A stretch of DNA of 64,000 nucleotides from an uncultured Actinomycetota bacterium (GCA_963796975.1 CAWCNW010000023.1:35305-99304); one strand, 5' to 3'. Positions 1-10,332 are shown, numbered from the stretch's first letter. Translations and numbers: made by a program. The notes: generated by a model from the sequence alone, not told the origin.

Positions 1-19
1 GGTGTCTCTTTTCGGTGGA

Positions 20-1654
<1,635 letters not shown>

Positions 1655-1701
1655 TCATGAATGAGGCGTGAAACGACGATGGTCTCGACCACCGAAGAGG
1701 A

Positions 1702-1753
1702 CGGGTCGTGTGCCCGAGGACGCGCGTCAGCGCGTCCGGGGGCACACGACCCG
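1702..1753. repeat. Composite palindrome in the groES-groEL spacer; member of the CGGGTCGTGTGCC...GGCACAC repeat family
   Basis: Outer arms cgggtcgtgtgccc / gggcacacgacccg enclose an inner palindrome ggacgcgc-gtca-gcgcgtcc. The 13-mer cgggtcgtgtgcc recurs at 29739 and 30768. Confidence 0.7.
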
Positions 1754-1758
1754 GTGAA

Positions 1759-2052
1759 TCAAGAGACGACGGCGAGGACGTCGCGCGCCGAGAGGATGAG
1801 GTACTCGTCGCCGCCGTACTTCACCTCGGTGCCGCCGTACTTGCTGTAGATGACCTTGTCGCCCACGGCCACGTCCAGCGGGACGCGGTTGCCGTTGTCG
1901 TCGATGCGCCCCGGGCCGATCGCCTGGACCTCGCCCTCCTGGGGCTTCTCCTTGGCGGTGTCGGGGATGACCAGGCCGGAAGCCGTGGTCTGCTCAGCCT
2001 CGAGAGGCTTGACCACGATCCGGTCCTCGAGGGGCTTGATGTTGACCGACAC
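1759..2052 (-). CDS. groES: Co-chaperonin GroES (10 kDa)
   Basis: C-terminal 97 aa of the 1759..2316 ORF read [14 protein letters not shown]...[18 protein letters not shown] start at 2052. Upstream of groEL. Confidence 0.95.
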   Translation of the reverse strand: MSVNIKPLEDRIVVKPLEAEQTTASGLVIPDTAKEKPQEGEVQAIGPGRIDDNGNRVPLDVAVGDKVIYSKYGGTEVKYGGDEYLILSARDVLAVVS

Positions 2053-2165
2053 GATGCCGACCTCCACTTTCTCCACTGGTGTTTCGGACTCGGGAGCCGG
2101 GGCTCCCGGACGTTGGAGCCTGCGTTGACGTACGCCGTCGCGGGGGTCGTACGTCGTGGCAAGCG

Positions 2166-2227
2166 CTGGCATTCTCGGGTCGAGAGTGCCAAAGCCGAAA
2201 CTAGCACTCACCTGGCGCGAGTGCCAA
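2166..2227 (-). promoter_or_regulatory. CIRCE (HrcA operator) upstream of groES: one good copy plus one degenerate tandem copy
   Basis: Minus strand 2227->2201 reads TTGGCACTC-N9-GAGTGCTAG against the consensus TTAGCACTC-N9-GAGTGCTAA. A second copy, TTGGCACTC-N9-GAATGCCAG, runs 2192->2166. Confidence 0.8.
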
Positions 2228-2318
2228 CGGGGGCTCCCGAGCCCTCCCGTCGGCGGTCGCGGCGGCGTAGCGTGCCCAGCGCATCCGACCCCGACCCGTG
2301 CCACCTCGAGGAGCACCC

Positions 2319-3092
2319 ATGTCCGTGCTGTCCGACCTGACCGACGCCCTCACCTCCGGGCGCGTCGAGATCGTGGACCTGACCGCCCGCCTCACCGCGG
2401 AGACGCCGATCATCGCGCTGCCGCCGGAGTTCGGGCAGACGCAGCGCTTCGAGCTCGACGAGATCAGCCGGTACGACGAGCGCGGACCCGCCTGGTACTG
2501 GAACAACTTCCGCAGCGGCGAGCACACGGGCACCCACCTCGACGCCCCCAACCACTGGGTCACCGGGCGCGACGGCAGCGACGTGGCCGACATCCCGGTG
2601 TCGCGGCTGATCCGGCCGGTGGTGGTGCTCGACTTCAGCGCCGAGTGCGCCGCCGACGCCGACTTCCTGCTCGAGGTCGACCACATCAGAGCCTGGGAGG
2701 CCGAGCACGGCCCGCTGCCCGACGGCGGCTGGATGATCTACCGCACCGGCTGGGACGAGCGCTCCGACAGCCAGGAGCGGTTCATCAACGCCAACGAGAC
2801 GGGCCCGCACACGCCAGGGATGAGCATCGAGTGCGCGCGCTGGGTCGCCGAGGAGGCGCCGGTGGTCGGGGTCGGCGTCGAGACCGTCGGTACCGATGCA
2901 GGCGCCGCGCACTCCTTCGACCCGCCGTTCCCCTGCCACTCCTACCTGATGGGCAGCGGCAAGTACGGCCTCACCCAGCTGCAGAACGTCGCTCGGCTGC
3001 CGGCCACCGGCGCGGTGCTGGTGGTGGGTCCGCTGCCGATCGTCACCGGCTCCGGGTCGCCCGCCCGGGCCGTGGCGCTGGTCGAGCGCTGA
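2319..3092 (+). CDS. Cyclase family protein (kynurenine formamidase-like metal hydrolase)
   Basis: Motif [12 protein letters not shown] (HxGTHxDxPxH) and overall cyclase-family layout. Start MSVLSDL chosen inside the 2298 ORF. Confidence 0.8.
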   Translation: MSVLSDLTDALTSGRVEIVDLTARLTAETPIIALPPEFGQTQRFELDEISRYDERGPAWYWNNFRSGEHTGTHLDAPNHWVTGRDGSDVADIPVSRLIRPVVVLDFSAECAADADFLLEVDHIRAWEAEHGPLPDGGWMIYRTGWDERSDSQERFINANETGPHTPGMSIECARWVAEEAPVVGVGVETVGTDAGAAHSFDPPFPCHSYLMGSGKYGLTQLQNVARLPATGAVLVVGPLPIVTGSGSPARAVALVER

Positions 3093-3097
3093 CCCTC

Positions 3098-4822
3098 GTG
3101 CGCGTCTCCGACGCGGTCGGGCAGGCACTGGTCCGGGCCGGCGTCGACCACGTCTTCGGCGTCGTCGGCTCCGGGAACTTCCACGTCACCAACGCGATGG
3201 TGGCCGAGGGTGCGCGGTTCGTCGCGGCCCGCCACGAGGCCGGCGCCACGACGATGGCCGACGCCTACGCCCGCGTCTCTGGCCGGGTCGCCGCGGTCAC
3301 CGTCCACCAGGGCTGCGGGTTGACGAACGCGATGACCGGGCTTGCCGAGGCCGCGAAGAGCCGGACGCCGCTGGTGGTCGTCGCGGCCGAGGCGACCGAG
3401 CCGCGGTCGAACTTCTACGTCGACCAGCCGGCGTTGGCGCGGGCGGTGGGGGCTCTCTCGTTGCGCGTGGACAGCGCCGAGGAGGCGGTCGCCCGGGCGG
3501 TAGAGGCCGTCACGCTGGCGGTGACCACGCGCCGTACCGTGCTGCTGAACCTGCCGTTGTCGGTGCAGGCGCTCGACGTGCCCGTGGTCTCGACAAGCTC
3601 GACCGACGGGGTGAGCTCGACCGACGGGGTGAGCTCGACCGACGGGGTGAGCTCGACCGACGGGGTCGGCTCGACCGGCGAGACCACGCCGGTCGAGCCT
3701 GTCGAGACCCCACCCGTCGCGCCGGACCCCGCGGACGTCGCGCGGCTGGCCGACGCCGTGCGACGCGCCGAGCGGCCGGTGTTCGTGGCGGGCCGGGGTG
3801 GACGCCCGTTCGGTGCGGACCTGCGCGAGGTGTCCGCCCGCGCCGGCGCACTGCTGGCGGAGTCGGCTGTCGCCAAGGACCTGTTCCACGACGAGGACTG
3901 GTCCCTCGGCGTCTCGGGCGGCTTCGCCTCACCGCTGGCCGCCGAGCTGATCGGCGGGGCCGACCTGATCGTGGGCTGGGGCTGTGCCCTCAACATGTGG
4001 ACGATGCGGCACGGGAAGCTGATCGCTCCCGGTGCCACCGTCGTCCAGGTCGACGACACCGCCGATGCGCTCGGTGCCCACCGCGCCCTCACCTTCGGCG
4101 TCCTCGGCGACGTAGGGCTGACCGCCCGAGCGCTCGCCGACCTGCTGCCGGACCAACGCCAGGGCTACCGCACCGACCAGGTCCGGCGCCGGCTCTCGGC
4201 CGGTCCGCTGCGCTGGCGCGACGTGCCGTACGACGACCTCGGCGGCGACGGGCTGATCGACCCGCGCACCCTCACCACGGTCCTCGACGACCTGCTCCCG
4301 CGCGAGCGGATCGTGGCGGTCGACTCGGGCAACTTCATGGGCTACCCCGCGATGTTCCTCGGCACCCCCGACGAGCAAGGCTTCTGCTTCACCCAGGCCT
4401 TCCAGTCGATCGGGCTCGGCCTCGCCACCGCCGTCGGCGCCGCCCTCGCCCGCCCCGACCGAATCCCGGTGGCCGCGCTCGGGGACGGCGGTGCGCTGAT
4501 GTCGGCCGTCGAGTTGGAGACCGTCGCGCGCCTCGGCCTGCCGATGCTCGTCGTGGTCTACGACGACCACGCGTACGGCGCCGAGGTCCATCACTTCGGG
4601 CCCGACGGCGATCCCCTCGACACCGTGGTGTTCCCCGACACCGACCTGGCCGCCATCGCCCGCGGCTACGGCTTCGAGGCGGTCGCCGTGCGCAGCGTGG
4701 CCGACCTGGCGGCGGTGGGCGATTGGCTCGACAAGGGACCCGTCGGTCCGATGCTGGTGGACGCCAAGGTCGTCGACAGCGAGCCGTCGTGGTGGCTCGA
4801 GGAGGCGTTCCGCGGCCACTGA
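3098..4822 (+). CDS. Thiamine pyrophosphate-dependent enzyme (acetolactate synthase large subunit-like) with a repeat-encoded linker insertion
   Basis: N-terminal Pyr domain (GVDHVFGVVGSGNFHV, HEAGATTMADAYARVSG), a central domain, and a C-terminal PP domain (ALGDGGALMS, VVVYDDHAYGAE). GTG start at 3098, in frame with the 2156..4822 ORF. Confidence 0.85.
   Translation: MRVSDAVGQALVRAGVDHVFGVVGSGNFHVTNAMVAEGARFVAARHEAGATTMADAYARVSGRVAAVTVHQGCGLTNAMTGLAEAAKSRTPLVVVAAEATEPRSNFYVDQPALARAVGALSLRVDSAEEAVARAVEAVTLAVTTRRTVLLNLPLSVQALDVPVVSTSSTDGVSSTDGVSSTDGVSSTDGVGSTGETTPVEPVETPPVAPDPADVARLADAVRRAERPVFVAGRGGRPFGADLREVSARAGALLAESAVAKDLFHDEDWSLGVSGGFASPLAAELIGGADLIVGWGCALNMWTMRHGKLIAPGATVVQVDDTADALGAHRALTFGVLGDVGLTARALADLLPDQRQGYRTDQVRRRLSAGPLRWRDVPYDDLGGDGLIDPRTLTTVLDDLLPRERIVAVDSGNFMGYPAMFLGTPDEQGFCFTQAFQSIGLGLATAVGAALARPDRIPVAALGDGGALMSAVELETVARLGLPMLVVVYDDHAYGAEVHHFGPDGDPLDTVVFPDTDLAAIARGYGFEAVAVRSVADLAAVGDWLDKGPVGPMLVDAKVVDSEPSWWLEEAFRGH
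3584..3709 (+). repeat. Intragenic minisatellite: about 4.5 copies of an 18-bp unit (gctcgaccgacggggtga) flanked by inverted repeats gtggtctcg / cgagaccac
   Basis: Tandem units at 3597-3614, 3615-3632, 3633-3650, 3651-3668 and a partial unit at 3669-3686. They encode (STDGVS)n. Homologous to the reverse complement of 41227-41287 and to 39780-39805. Confidence 0.85.
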
Positions 4823-4828
4823 GGTGGT

Positions 4829-5065
4829 GAGGGCACACGGTGTGCCCGTTCCCGACGGTGCTCGGAGCTCGAGGTGGAACACCCTGTGCCCGTTCCGGGT
4901 TGTCGTTCGCGGCCGTTGTGGAACAGCCTGTTCCACTACCGCTTCCGAAGGGGGCTCCTTGAGGGCACACGGCGTTCCACAACCCCCGCCGCAGGTTGCT
5001 CGTTGGGGGCACACTGCGTTCCACCAACCCCTCAGCGGGTCGTCCGTTGCGGGCACACTCTGAGC
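4829..5065. repeat. Cluster of 5-6 copies (both orientations) of a roughly 22-bp motif GGGCACAC-NN-YGTTCCAC in a 268-bp intergenic spacer
   Basis: Copies at 4831-4852, 4873-4896 (reverse), 4917-4937 (the palindrome gtggaacag-c-ctgttccac), 4963-4985 and 5007-5031, plus a partial copy at 5052-5067. Confidence 0.7.
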
Positions 5066-5090
5066 CCGGTCCGGCTGCGAGGATGACGGC

Positions 5091-6266
5091 GTGGACCTCG
5101 ACACCTTCCGCTGGCTGCTGACCGACGAGGGTCAGGCGCTGCTGGCCTCGGCGACCGCCGCCGAGGGCACACCGTTGCAGGTGCAGAAGCAGCTCCGAGC
5201 GATGGTCGCGACAGGCTCGACCGACGAAGGCGCTGCCCGGGTCGCGGCGGCACTCGGGCAGGTGGAGCTGCGGGCGCGGGCCGCGGCGAAGCTGGGCGAC
5301 GATGCCGCCCGGATGTACTTCACCCGCGACGGCCTCGAGCAGGCCACCCGCAGCTCCGTCGCCAACCACCGCGCCGCGCGCCTGGCCGTGGCCGGCCCGA
5401 GCGTGCTCGACCTGACCTGCGGCATCGGTGGCGACCTGGTCGCGTTCGCGCGGGCCGGCCTCACCACGGCCGGGATCGACCTCGACCCGCTGCGCGTCGA
5501 GATGGCGCGCGCCAACCTGGCGGCGCTCGGACTCGGGGGCGCCGTGAACGTCGCCGACGCGACCACCCTCGACGTCTCGCCGTTCGGCACGGCGTATGCC
5601 GACCCCGCGCGGCGCAGCGGCCGGGGCCGGAGCTTCCGTGCCGACGACTGGACGCCACCGTGGACCTTCGTCGCGTCGCTCCTCACCGGCCGGGCCTGCG
5701 TCAAGGTCGCGCCGGGGATCCCCCACTCCCTGGTGCCGGACGGTGCCGAGGCCGAGTGGGTCAGCGACCGCGGGGAGGTCAAGGAGGCCGCCCTGTGGTC
5801 GCCGAGGCTCGCGACCGTCGCCCGACGCGCGACCGTGATCGGGAAGGGCGGCCTCGCGACCCTGACCGACGAGGACGACCCGGGCGCGGAGGTCGGCGAC
5901 GTCGCCGAGTTCCTGTACGAGCCCGACGGCGCCGTGATCCGGGCCGGCCTGGTGACCGCCGTCGCCGCCGGGGTGAACGGCCACCTGCTGGACCGCCGGA
6001 TCGCCTACGTCACGGGCCCGGAGTCGTTCCGTTCGCCGTTCGCTCGCGGCTACCGGGTGGTGGAGCGGCTGCCGTTCCGGGAGCGCTACCTGAAGACGGC
6101 GCTGCGCGAACGCGGCATCGGCACCCTGACCATCAAGAAGCGCGGCATCGACGTCTCCCCGGAGCAGCTGAGGTCGCGGCTCGCTCTGCGCGGCGAGGAC
6201 GAGGCCACCCTGGTGCTGACCCGGGTCGCCGACGAGGGCGTGGCCCTGCTCGTGCAGCCCTTCTGA
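5091..6266 (+). CDS. Class I SAM-dependent methyltransferase with a THUMP-like C-terminal region
   Basis: 391-aa ORF with SAM-binding motif VLDLTCGIGGD. GTG start at 5091. Confidence 0.7.
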   Translation: MDLDTFRWLLTDEGQALLASATAAEGTPLQVQKQLRAMVATGSTDEGAARVAAALGQVELRARAAAKLGDDAARMYFTRDGLEQATRSSVANHRAARLAVAGPSVLDLTCGIGGDLVAFARAGLTTAGIDLDPLRVEMARANLAALGLGGAVNVADATTLDVSPFGTAYADPARRSGRGRSFRADDWTPPWTFVASLLTGRACVKVAPGIPHSLVPDGAEAEWVSDRGEVKEAALWSPRLATVARRATVIGKGGLATLTDEDDPGAEVGDVAEFLYEPDGAVIRAGLVTAVAAGVNGHLLDRRIAYVTGPESFRSPFARGYRVVERLPFRERYLKTALRERGIGTLTIKKRGIDVSPEQLRSRLALRGEDEATLVLTRVADEGVALLVQPF

Positions 6267-6267
6267 G

Positions 6268-6906
6268 CTAGAAGTCCAGCCAGGCCAGCACGGCCAGCAC
6301 CCGCCGGTTGTCGTCGGGGGCGGGCGGCAGGTCGAGCTTGGCGAAGATGTTGTTGGTGTGCTTGGCGACCGCCTTCTCGGTCACGACCAGATCGGCGGCG
6401 ATCGCGGCGTTCGAGCGACCCTCGGCCATCAGCGCCAGGACGTCGCGCTCGCGGGCCGTCAGCCTCTCGACCGGCTGCTGGCGGGCCATCACCGCCGCCA
6501 CGACCTCGGGGTCCAGCACGGTGCCGCCCCCGGCCACCCGCCGCAGCGCATCGACGAACTCGCGGACGTCGCCCACCCGTTCCTTGAGCAGGTAGCCGAC
6601 GCCGCCCTGGCCGTCGGCGAGCAGCTCGCGGGCGTAGATGCGCTCGACGTACTGCGAGAGCACGAGCACGGGGAAGCCCGGCCGCCGGTGGCGTACGTCG
6701 ACCGCGGCACGCAGGCCCTCGTCGGTGCCGGTCGGCGGCAGGCGTACGTCGAGCAGCGCGACGTCCGCGGTGTCGGGGTCGGCCAGGGCGGCCGCCAGCG
6801 AGTCGGCGTCCTCGGCCGCCGCGACGACCTCGAAGTCGTTCGACTCGAGCAGCCGGATCAGGCCTTCCCGGAGGAGGGTCTGGTCCTCGGCGAGGACGAC
6901 GCGCAC
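6268..6906 (-). CDS. LuxR/NarL-family response regulator
   Basis: Receiver domain (VRVVLAEDQTLLREGL, DVALLDVRLPP) plus LuxR HTH (LTARERDVLALMAEGRSNAAIA). GTG start at 6906. Confidence 0.9.
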   Translation of the reverse strand: MRVVLAEDQTLLREGLIRLLESNDFEVVAAAEDADSLAAALADPDTADVALLDVRLPPTGTDEGLRAAVDVRHRRPGFPVLVLSQYVERIYARELLADGQGGVGYLLKERVGDVREFVDALRRVAGGGTVLDPEVVAAVMARQQPVERLTARERDVLALMAEGRSNAAIAADLVVTEKAVAKHTNNIFAKLDLPPAPDDNRRVLAVLAWLDF

Positions 6907-8003
6907 GGCACCTCCAGTGTGACCAGGGTCGGCCCGCCGACCGGGCTCGACACCATCATCGTGCCGTCGAACGCGGCCAGCCGCCGCGCGACCCCCCGCA
7001 TCCCGGTGCCGGCACCCGGGTCGGCGCCGCCGTGGCCGTCGTCCCCGACGACGACCCGCAACGAGTCCGCCTCGAGCGCCAGCTCGACCCAGGCGTGCGC
7101 CGCGTCCGCGTGCTTGCCGACGTTGGCCAGGCACTCCGCGACCGCGAAGTAGACCGCCGACTCGACGGGCGCCGGGAGCCGCTCGGTCAGCGAGCCGCTG
7201 ACCGCGACCGGGAGCCCCAGGTCGAGCGAGAGCGCCTCGAGTGCCGAGCCCAGTCCGCGGTCGGCGAGCACCGGCGGATGGATCCCACGGACGACGTCGC
7301 GCAGGTCGCCGAGCGCGGCGCCGGTGGTCTGACGCGCCTCGTCGAGGATCTTGCGCGCACCCTCCGGGTCGCGCTCCATCAGGTCCGCGGCCATCCCGAG
7401 CGTCATCCCGAGCCCGACGAGCCGGGCCTGGGCGCCGTCGTGGAGGTCGCGCTCGATCCGGCGCAGCTCGGACGCGGAGTGGTCGAGCGACTCGTTGCGG
7501 GTCTCGGTCAGCACCTCGACCCGCTGCTCGAGCCGCTCGGTGGTGCCGAAGGTCAGCAGCAGCCGGTCCAGCCGGCTGCGGATGACCATGATCGGCCCGA
7601 CCCCGAACCACCAGGCGACCCCGGTGACGACGAGCACGAGCAGCAGCACGACCAACAGCGAGAACGTGAGGGCCAGCGGCAGGGCCAGCAGCAGCCAGGC
7701 CTCGTCGCGCCAGGTCATCGGGTCGGAGGCCCAGATCCGCAGCCGCTGCATCGCCCCCACGCCCTCGGTCGAGCGGTACGGCGCGGGCACCGGCGAGCCC
7801 AGGATGTCGGCCGCCATCCGGCGGTGCACCCCGGCCAGCCACCTGCTGGCCGGCAGCGTGAGCATCAGGATCGGGATCCCGACCACGATCACGACCAGGA
7901 TGCCGGCGACGGCGTTGAGGACGAAGAGCACCAGGGCCGGCACGGACAGCAGGATCTGCAGGGCCGCGTAGCCCGTCATCCGCAGTCGTGAAGCGCTGGT
8001 CAT
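6858..8003 (-). CDS. Sensor histidine kinase (HisKA_3/NarL-partner type, multi-TM sensor)
   Basis: H-box RIERDLHDGAQARL, HATPase region, N-terminal TM helices. ATG at 8003. Its 3' end overlaps the response regulator start by 49 nt. Confidence 0.85.
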   Translation of the reverse strand: MTSASRLRMTGYAALQILLSVPALVLFVLNAVAGILVVIVVGIPILMLTLPASRWLAGVHRRMAADILGSPVPAPYRSTEGVGAMQRLRIWASDPMTWRDEAWLLLALPLALTFSLLVVLLLVLVVTGVAWWFGVGPIMVIRSRLDRLLLTFGTTERLEQRVEVLTETRNESLDHSASELRRIERDLHDGAQARLVGLGMTLGMAADLMERDPEGARKILDEARQTTGAALGDLRDVVRGIHPPVLADRGLGSALEALSLDLGLPVAVSGSLTERLPAPVESAVYFAVAECLANVGKHADAAHAWVELALEADSLRVVVGDDGHGGADPGAGTGMRGVARRLAAFDGTMMVSSPVGGPTLVTLEVPCASSSPRTRPSSGKA

Positions 8004-8142
8004 GGGACCAGTCTCGCCGATGCGAGCCCCGCACACAGTGGACCTAGCACCACCCTCGACAGGGGTGCTCGCGCTCCTGACCGGGCGGCTGGCGATGGCG
8101 ACGCTGGAGAGGTCCCAGCAACTCCGACCTGAGGAGCCCGCC

Positions 8143-10332
8143 ATGTCTCCACACCTGCACAGCTCGAGCCTCCTGGCCCGGCTGCCCCTGCGCGCCGCGC
8201 GTTGGAGTGCGTCTCATCCCTGGCGTGCGATCGGTGCCTGGTTCGCGTTCGTCGCGACCGCCGTCGCCCTCGCTGCCCTGATCCCGACCAAGCAGACGAC
8301 CGATGCCGACTACCGGCTTGGAGAGTCCGGCCGAGCCGACGCCCTGGCGGCGGCCGGGCGGTTCCCCGACGACCAGGTCGAGAGCCTGCTGGTCACCTCC
8401 CGCGACGGCCGCCGCCTCGACCCTGCCGACGTACGACGGGTGGCCCGCGAGGTCGACACCGCGATGTCCGGCGCCAAGGGCGTCACCGAGGTCACGCCTC
8501 CGCAGTGGAACGCCGCTCGCACCGGCGTGCTCGTCGACGTCCATCTGAAGAGCACGATCGACGATGCGCAGCAGATCCAGGCGCGGACGGCTGCGATCGC
8601 CCAAGCCCATCAGGAGCTCCGGGTCCGTGAGGCCGGTGACCTCTCGGTGAACACCGCCATCAACGACCGGGTCGGTGAGGACCTGCACTCCGCCGAGGGG
8701 ATCAGCCTCCCGGTCACCCTGCTGCTCATGCTGCTCGCCTTCGGTGCCCTGATCGCGGCCGGCGTGCCCGTGCTGCTCGCCCTCACCTCGGTGGCGGCGA
8801 CCATGGGTATCACCGCCCCTCTCTCGCACCTGATCCACGCCGAGCCCACCGTGACCAGCATGATCGTGCTGATCGGGATGGCCGTCGGGGTCGACTACTC
8901 GCTGTTCTACCTCAAGCGCGAGCGCGAGGAGCGAGCCGCCGGGCACAGCACCCTCGACGCCGTGGAGATCGCCGCCGCCACCTCGGGCCACTCGATCATG
9001 GTGTCCGGTGGCGCCGTGATCGCCTCGATGGCCGGGCTCTTCATCGTCGGCGGTGCGACCTTCGACTCGCTCGCCTCCGGGGCCATCGTCGTGGTCGGCG
9101 TGGCCGTGGTCGGCTCGGTCACCGTGCTGCCTGCGCTGCTCGCCAAGCTCGGCCGCTGGGTCGACCGGCCCCGGGTGCCGCTGCTGTGGCGCCTGAACCG
9201 GCGGATCGGCCGGGGCGGTCTGAGCCGCCGGATCCTGGCCCCCGTCGTACGTCGTCCCGTCGCCGCCCTGGTCGTCTCGCTCACTGCGCTGGTCGCCCTC
9301 GCGGCTCCCGCCTTGAGCATGAGGACCCACGACGGCAACCTCGACACCCTCCCGCACTCGATCCCGGAGGTGCAGACCCTGCACGCGATGGCCGACCAGT
9401 TCCCGTCGCAAGGCACCAACGCGACCGTGGTCGTCCGCGGCGCTGCGAGTGACCACGACCGGGTCGTCGGCGCGCTGACCTCGCTCGAGACGAGCGCCGC
9501 CGCCACGAAGTGGTTCGACCAGGCGGGACAGCGGGCGATCGAGACCTCACCCGACGGCAGCACCGTCCGGCTCACCCTGCCGATCCCGTACTCGGCCTCC
9601 GACGACCGGTCAGGCCAGGCCGTCGAGCAGCTGCGCGAGCACCTCGTCCCGGACGCCGTGGGCGATCTGCCGGTGGAGCACGCGGTCGGTGGCGACGTCG
9701 CGAGCTCGCTCGACTACGCCGGCCACCAGTCGAGCCGGCTGCCCTGGGTGATCGGCTTCGTCCTGCTGCTGACCCTGGTGATCATGACGCTCGCGTTCCG
9801 CAGCGTGGTGGTGGCGGCCCTGTCGTCGGCCCTGAACCTGCTCTCCGTAGGGGTTGCGTTCGGGATCCTCACGCTGGTCTTCCAACACGGCTGGTTCGCC
9901 GGGCCGCTCGGCTTCACCAACCCCGGCTTCGTGATCGACTGGATCCCGCTGTTCGTGATGGTGGTCCTGGTCGGGTTGTCGATGGACTACAACGTGTTCG
10001 TCCTGGCCCGGATCCGTGAGCACGTGGCGAGCGGCCTGCCCGCGCGCGTCGCCGTAGAGCGCGGCATCGCCGACACCGCCGGCGTGATCACGAGCGCGGC
10101 GGCGGTGATGGTCTCGGTGTTCGCCATCTTCATCACCCTGAGCATGATCGAGATGAAGATGATGGGCGTCGCCCTGGCCGCCTCCATCCTGATCGACGCC
10201 ACCGTGATCCGGCTGGTGATCCTGCCGGCCGCGCTGGTGCTCCTCGGTGAGCGCGCCTGGTGGCCCGGTCGGCCGACCCGGCCGCGCGGCGAGGTCGTCG
10301 ACGCCGAGCCCGAGTCGGCGATGGCGCACTGA
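8143..10332 (+). CDS. MMPL family (RND-type) membrane transporter
   Basis: 729 aa with two six-TM bundles and typical MMPL blocks (VDYSLFYLKRERE, MDYNVFVLARIRE). Divergent from the two-component system. Confidence 0.85.
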   Translation: MSPHLHSSSLLARLPLRAARWSASHPWRAIGAWFAFVATAVALAALIPTKQTTDADYRLGESGRADALAAAGRFPDDQVESLLVTSRDGRRLDPADVRRVAREVDTAMSGAKGVTEVTPPQWNAARTGVLVDVHLKSTIDDAQQIQARTAAIAQAHQELRVREAGDLSVNTAINDRVGEDLHSAEGISLPVTLLLMLLAFGALIAAGVPVLLALTSVAATMGITAPLSHLIHAEPTVTSMIVLIGMAVGVDYSLFYLKREREERAAGHSTLDAVEIAAATSGHSIMVSGGAVIASMAGLFIVGGATFDSLASGAIVVVGVAVVGSVTVLPALLAKLGRWVDRPRVPLLWRLNRRIGRGGLSRRILAPVVRRPVAALVVSLTALVALAAPALSMRTHDGNLDTLPHSIPEVQTLHAMADQFPSQGTNATVVVRGAASDHDRVVGALTSLETSAAATKWFDQAGQRAIETSPDGSTVRLTLPIPYSASDDRSGQAVEQLREHLVPDAVGDLPVEHAVGGDVASSLDYAGHQSSRLPWVIGFVLLLTLVIMTLAFRSVVVAALSSALNLLSVGVAFGILTLVFQHGWFAGPLGFTNPGFVIDWIPLFVMVVLVGLSMDYNVFVLARIREHVASGLPARVAVERGIADTAGVITSAAAVMVSVFAIFITLSMIEMKMMGVALAASILIDATVIRLVILPAALVLLGERAWWPGRPTRPRGEVVDAEPESAMAH

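Noticed and set aside
2156-3097. Upstream part of ORF 2156..4822 (888 aa), overlapping the cyclase gene in another frame
   Set aside because: It is Arg/Pro-rich with no TPP-enzyme homology. The cyclase frame carries the HxGTHxDxPxH motif. TPP-enzyme homology begins at the GTG at 3098.
3597-5065. Possibility that the tandem repeats (3597-3686) or the motif array (4829-5065) are CRISPR arrays
   Set aside because: The 18-bp units are directly abutting with no spacers and lie inside a CDS. The 4829-5065 motifs occur in mixed orientation with irregular short spacing. No cas genes are present in the window.
4824-5086. Small ORFs 4824..5063 and 4874..5086 in the repeat-filled spacer
   Set aside because: The ORFs are made of the repeated motif itself. 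They overlap each other in different frames, and neither has an RBS or coding-like third-position bias that I can see.
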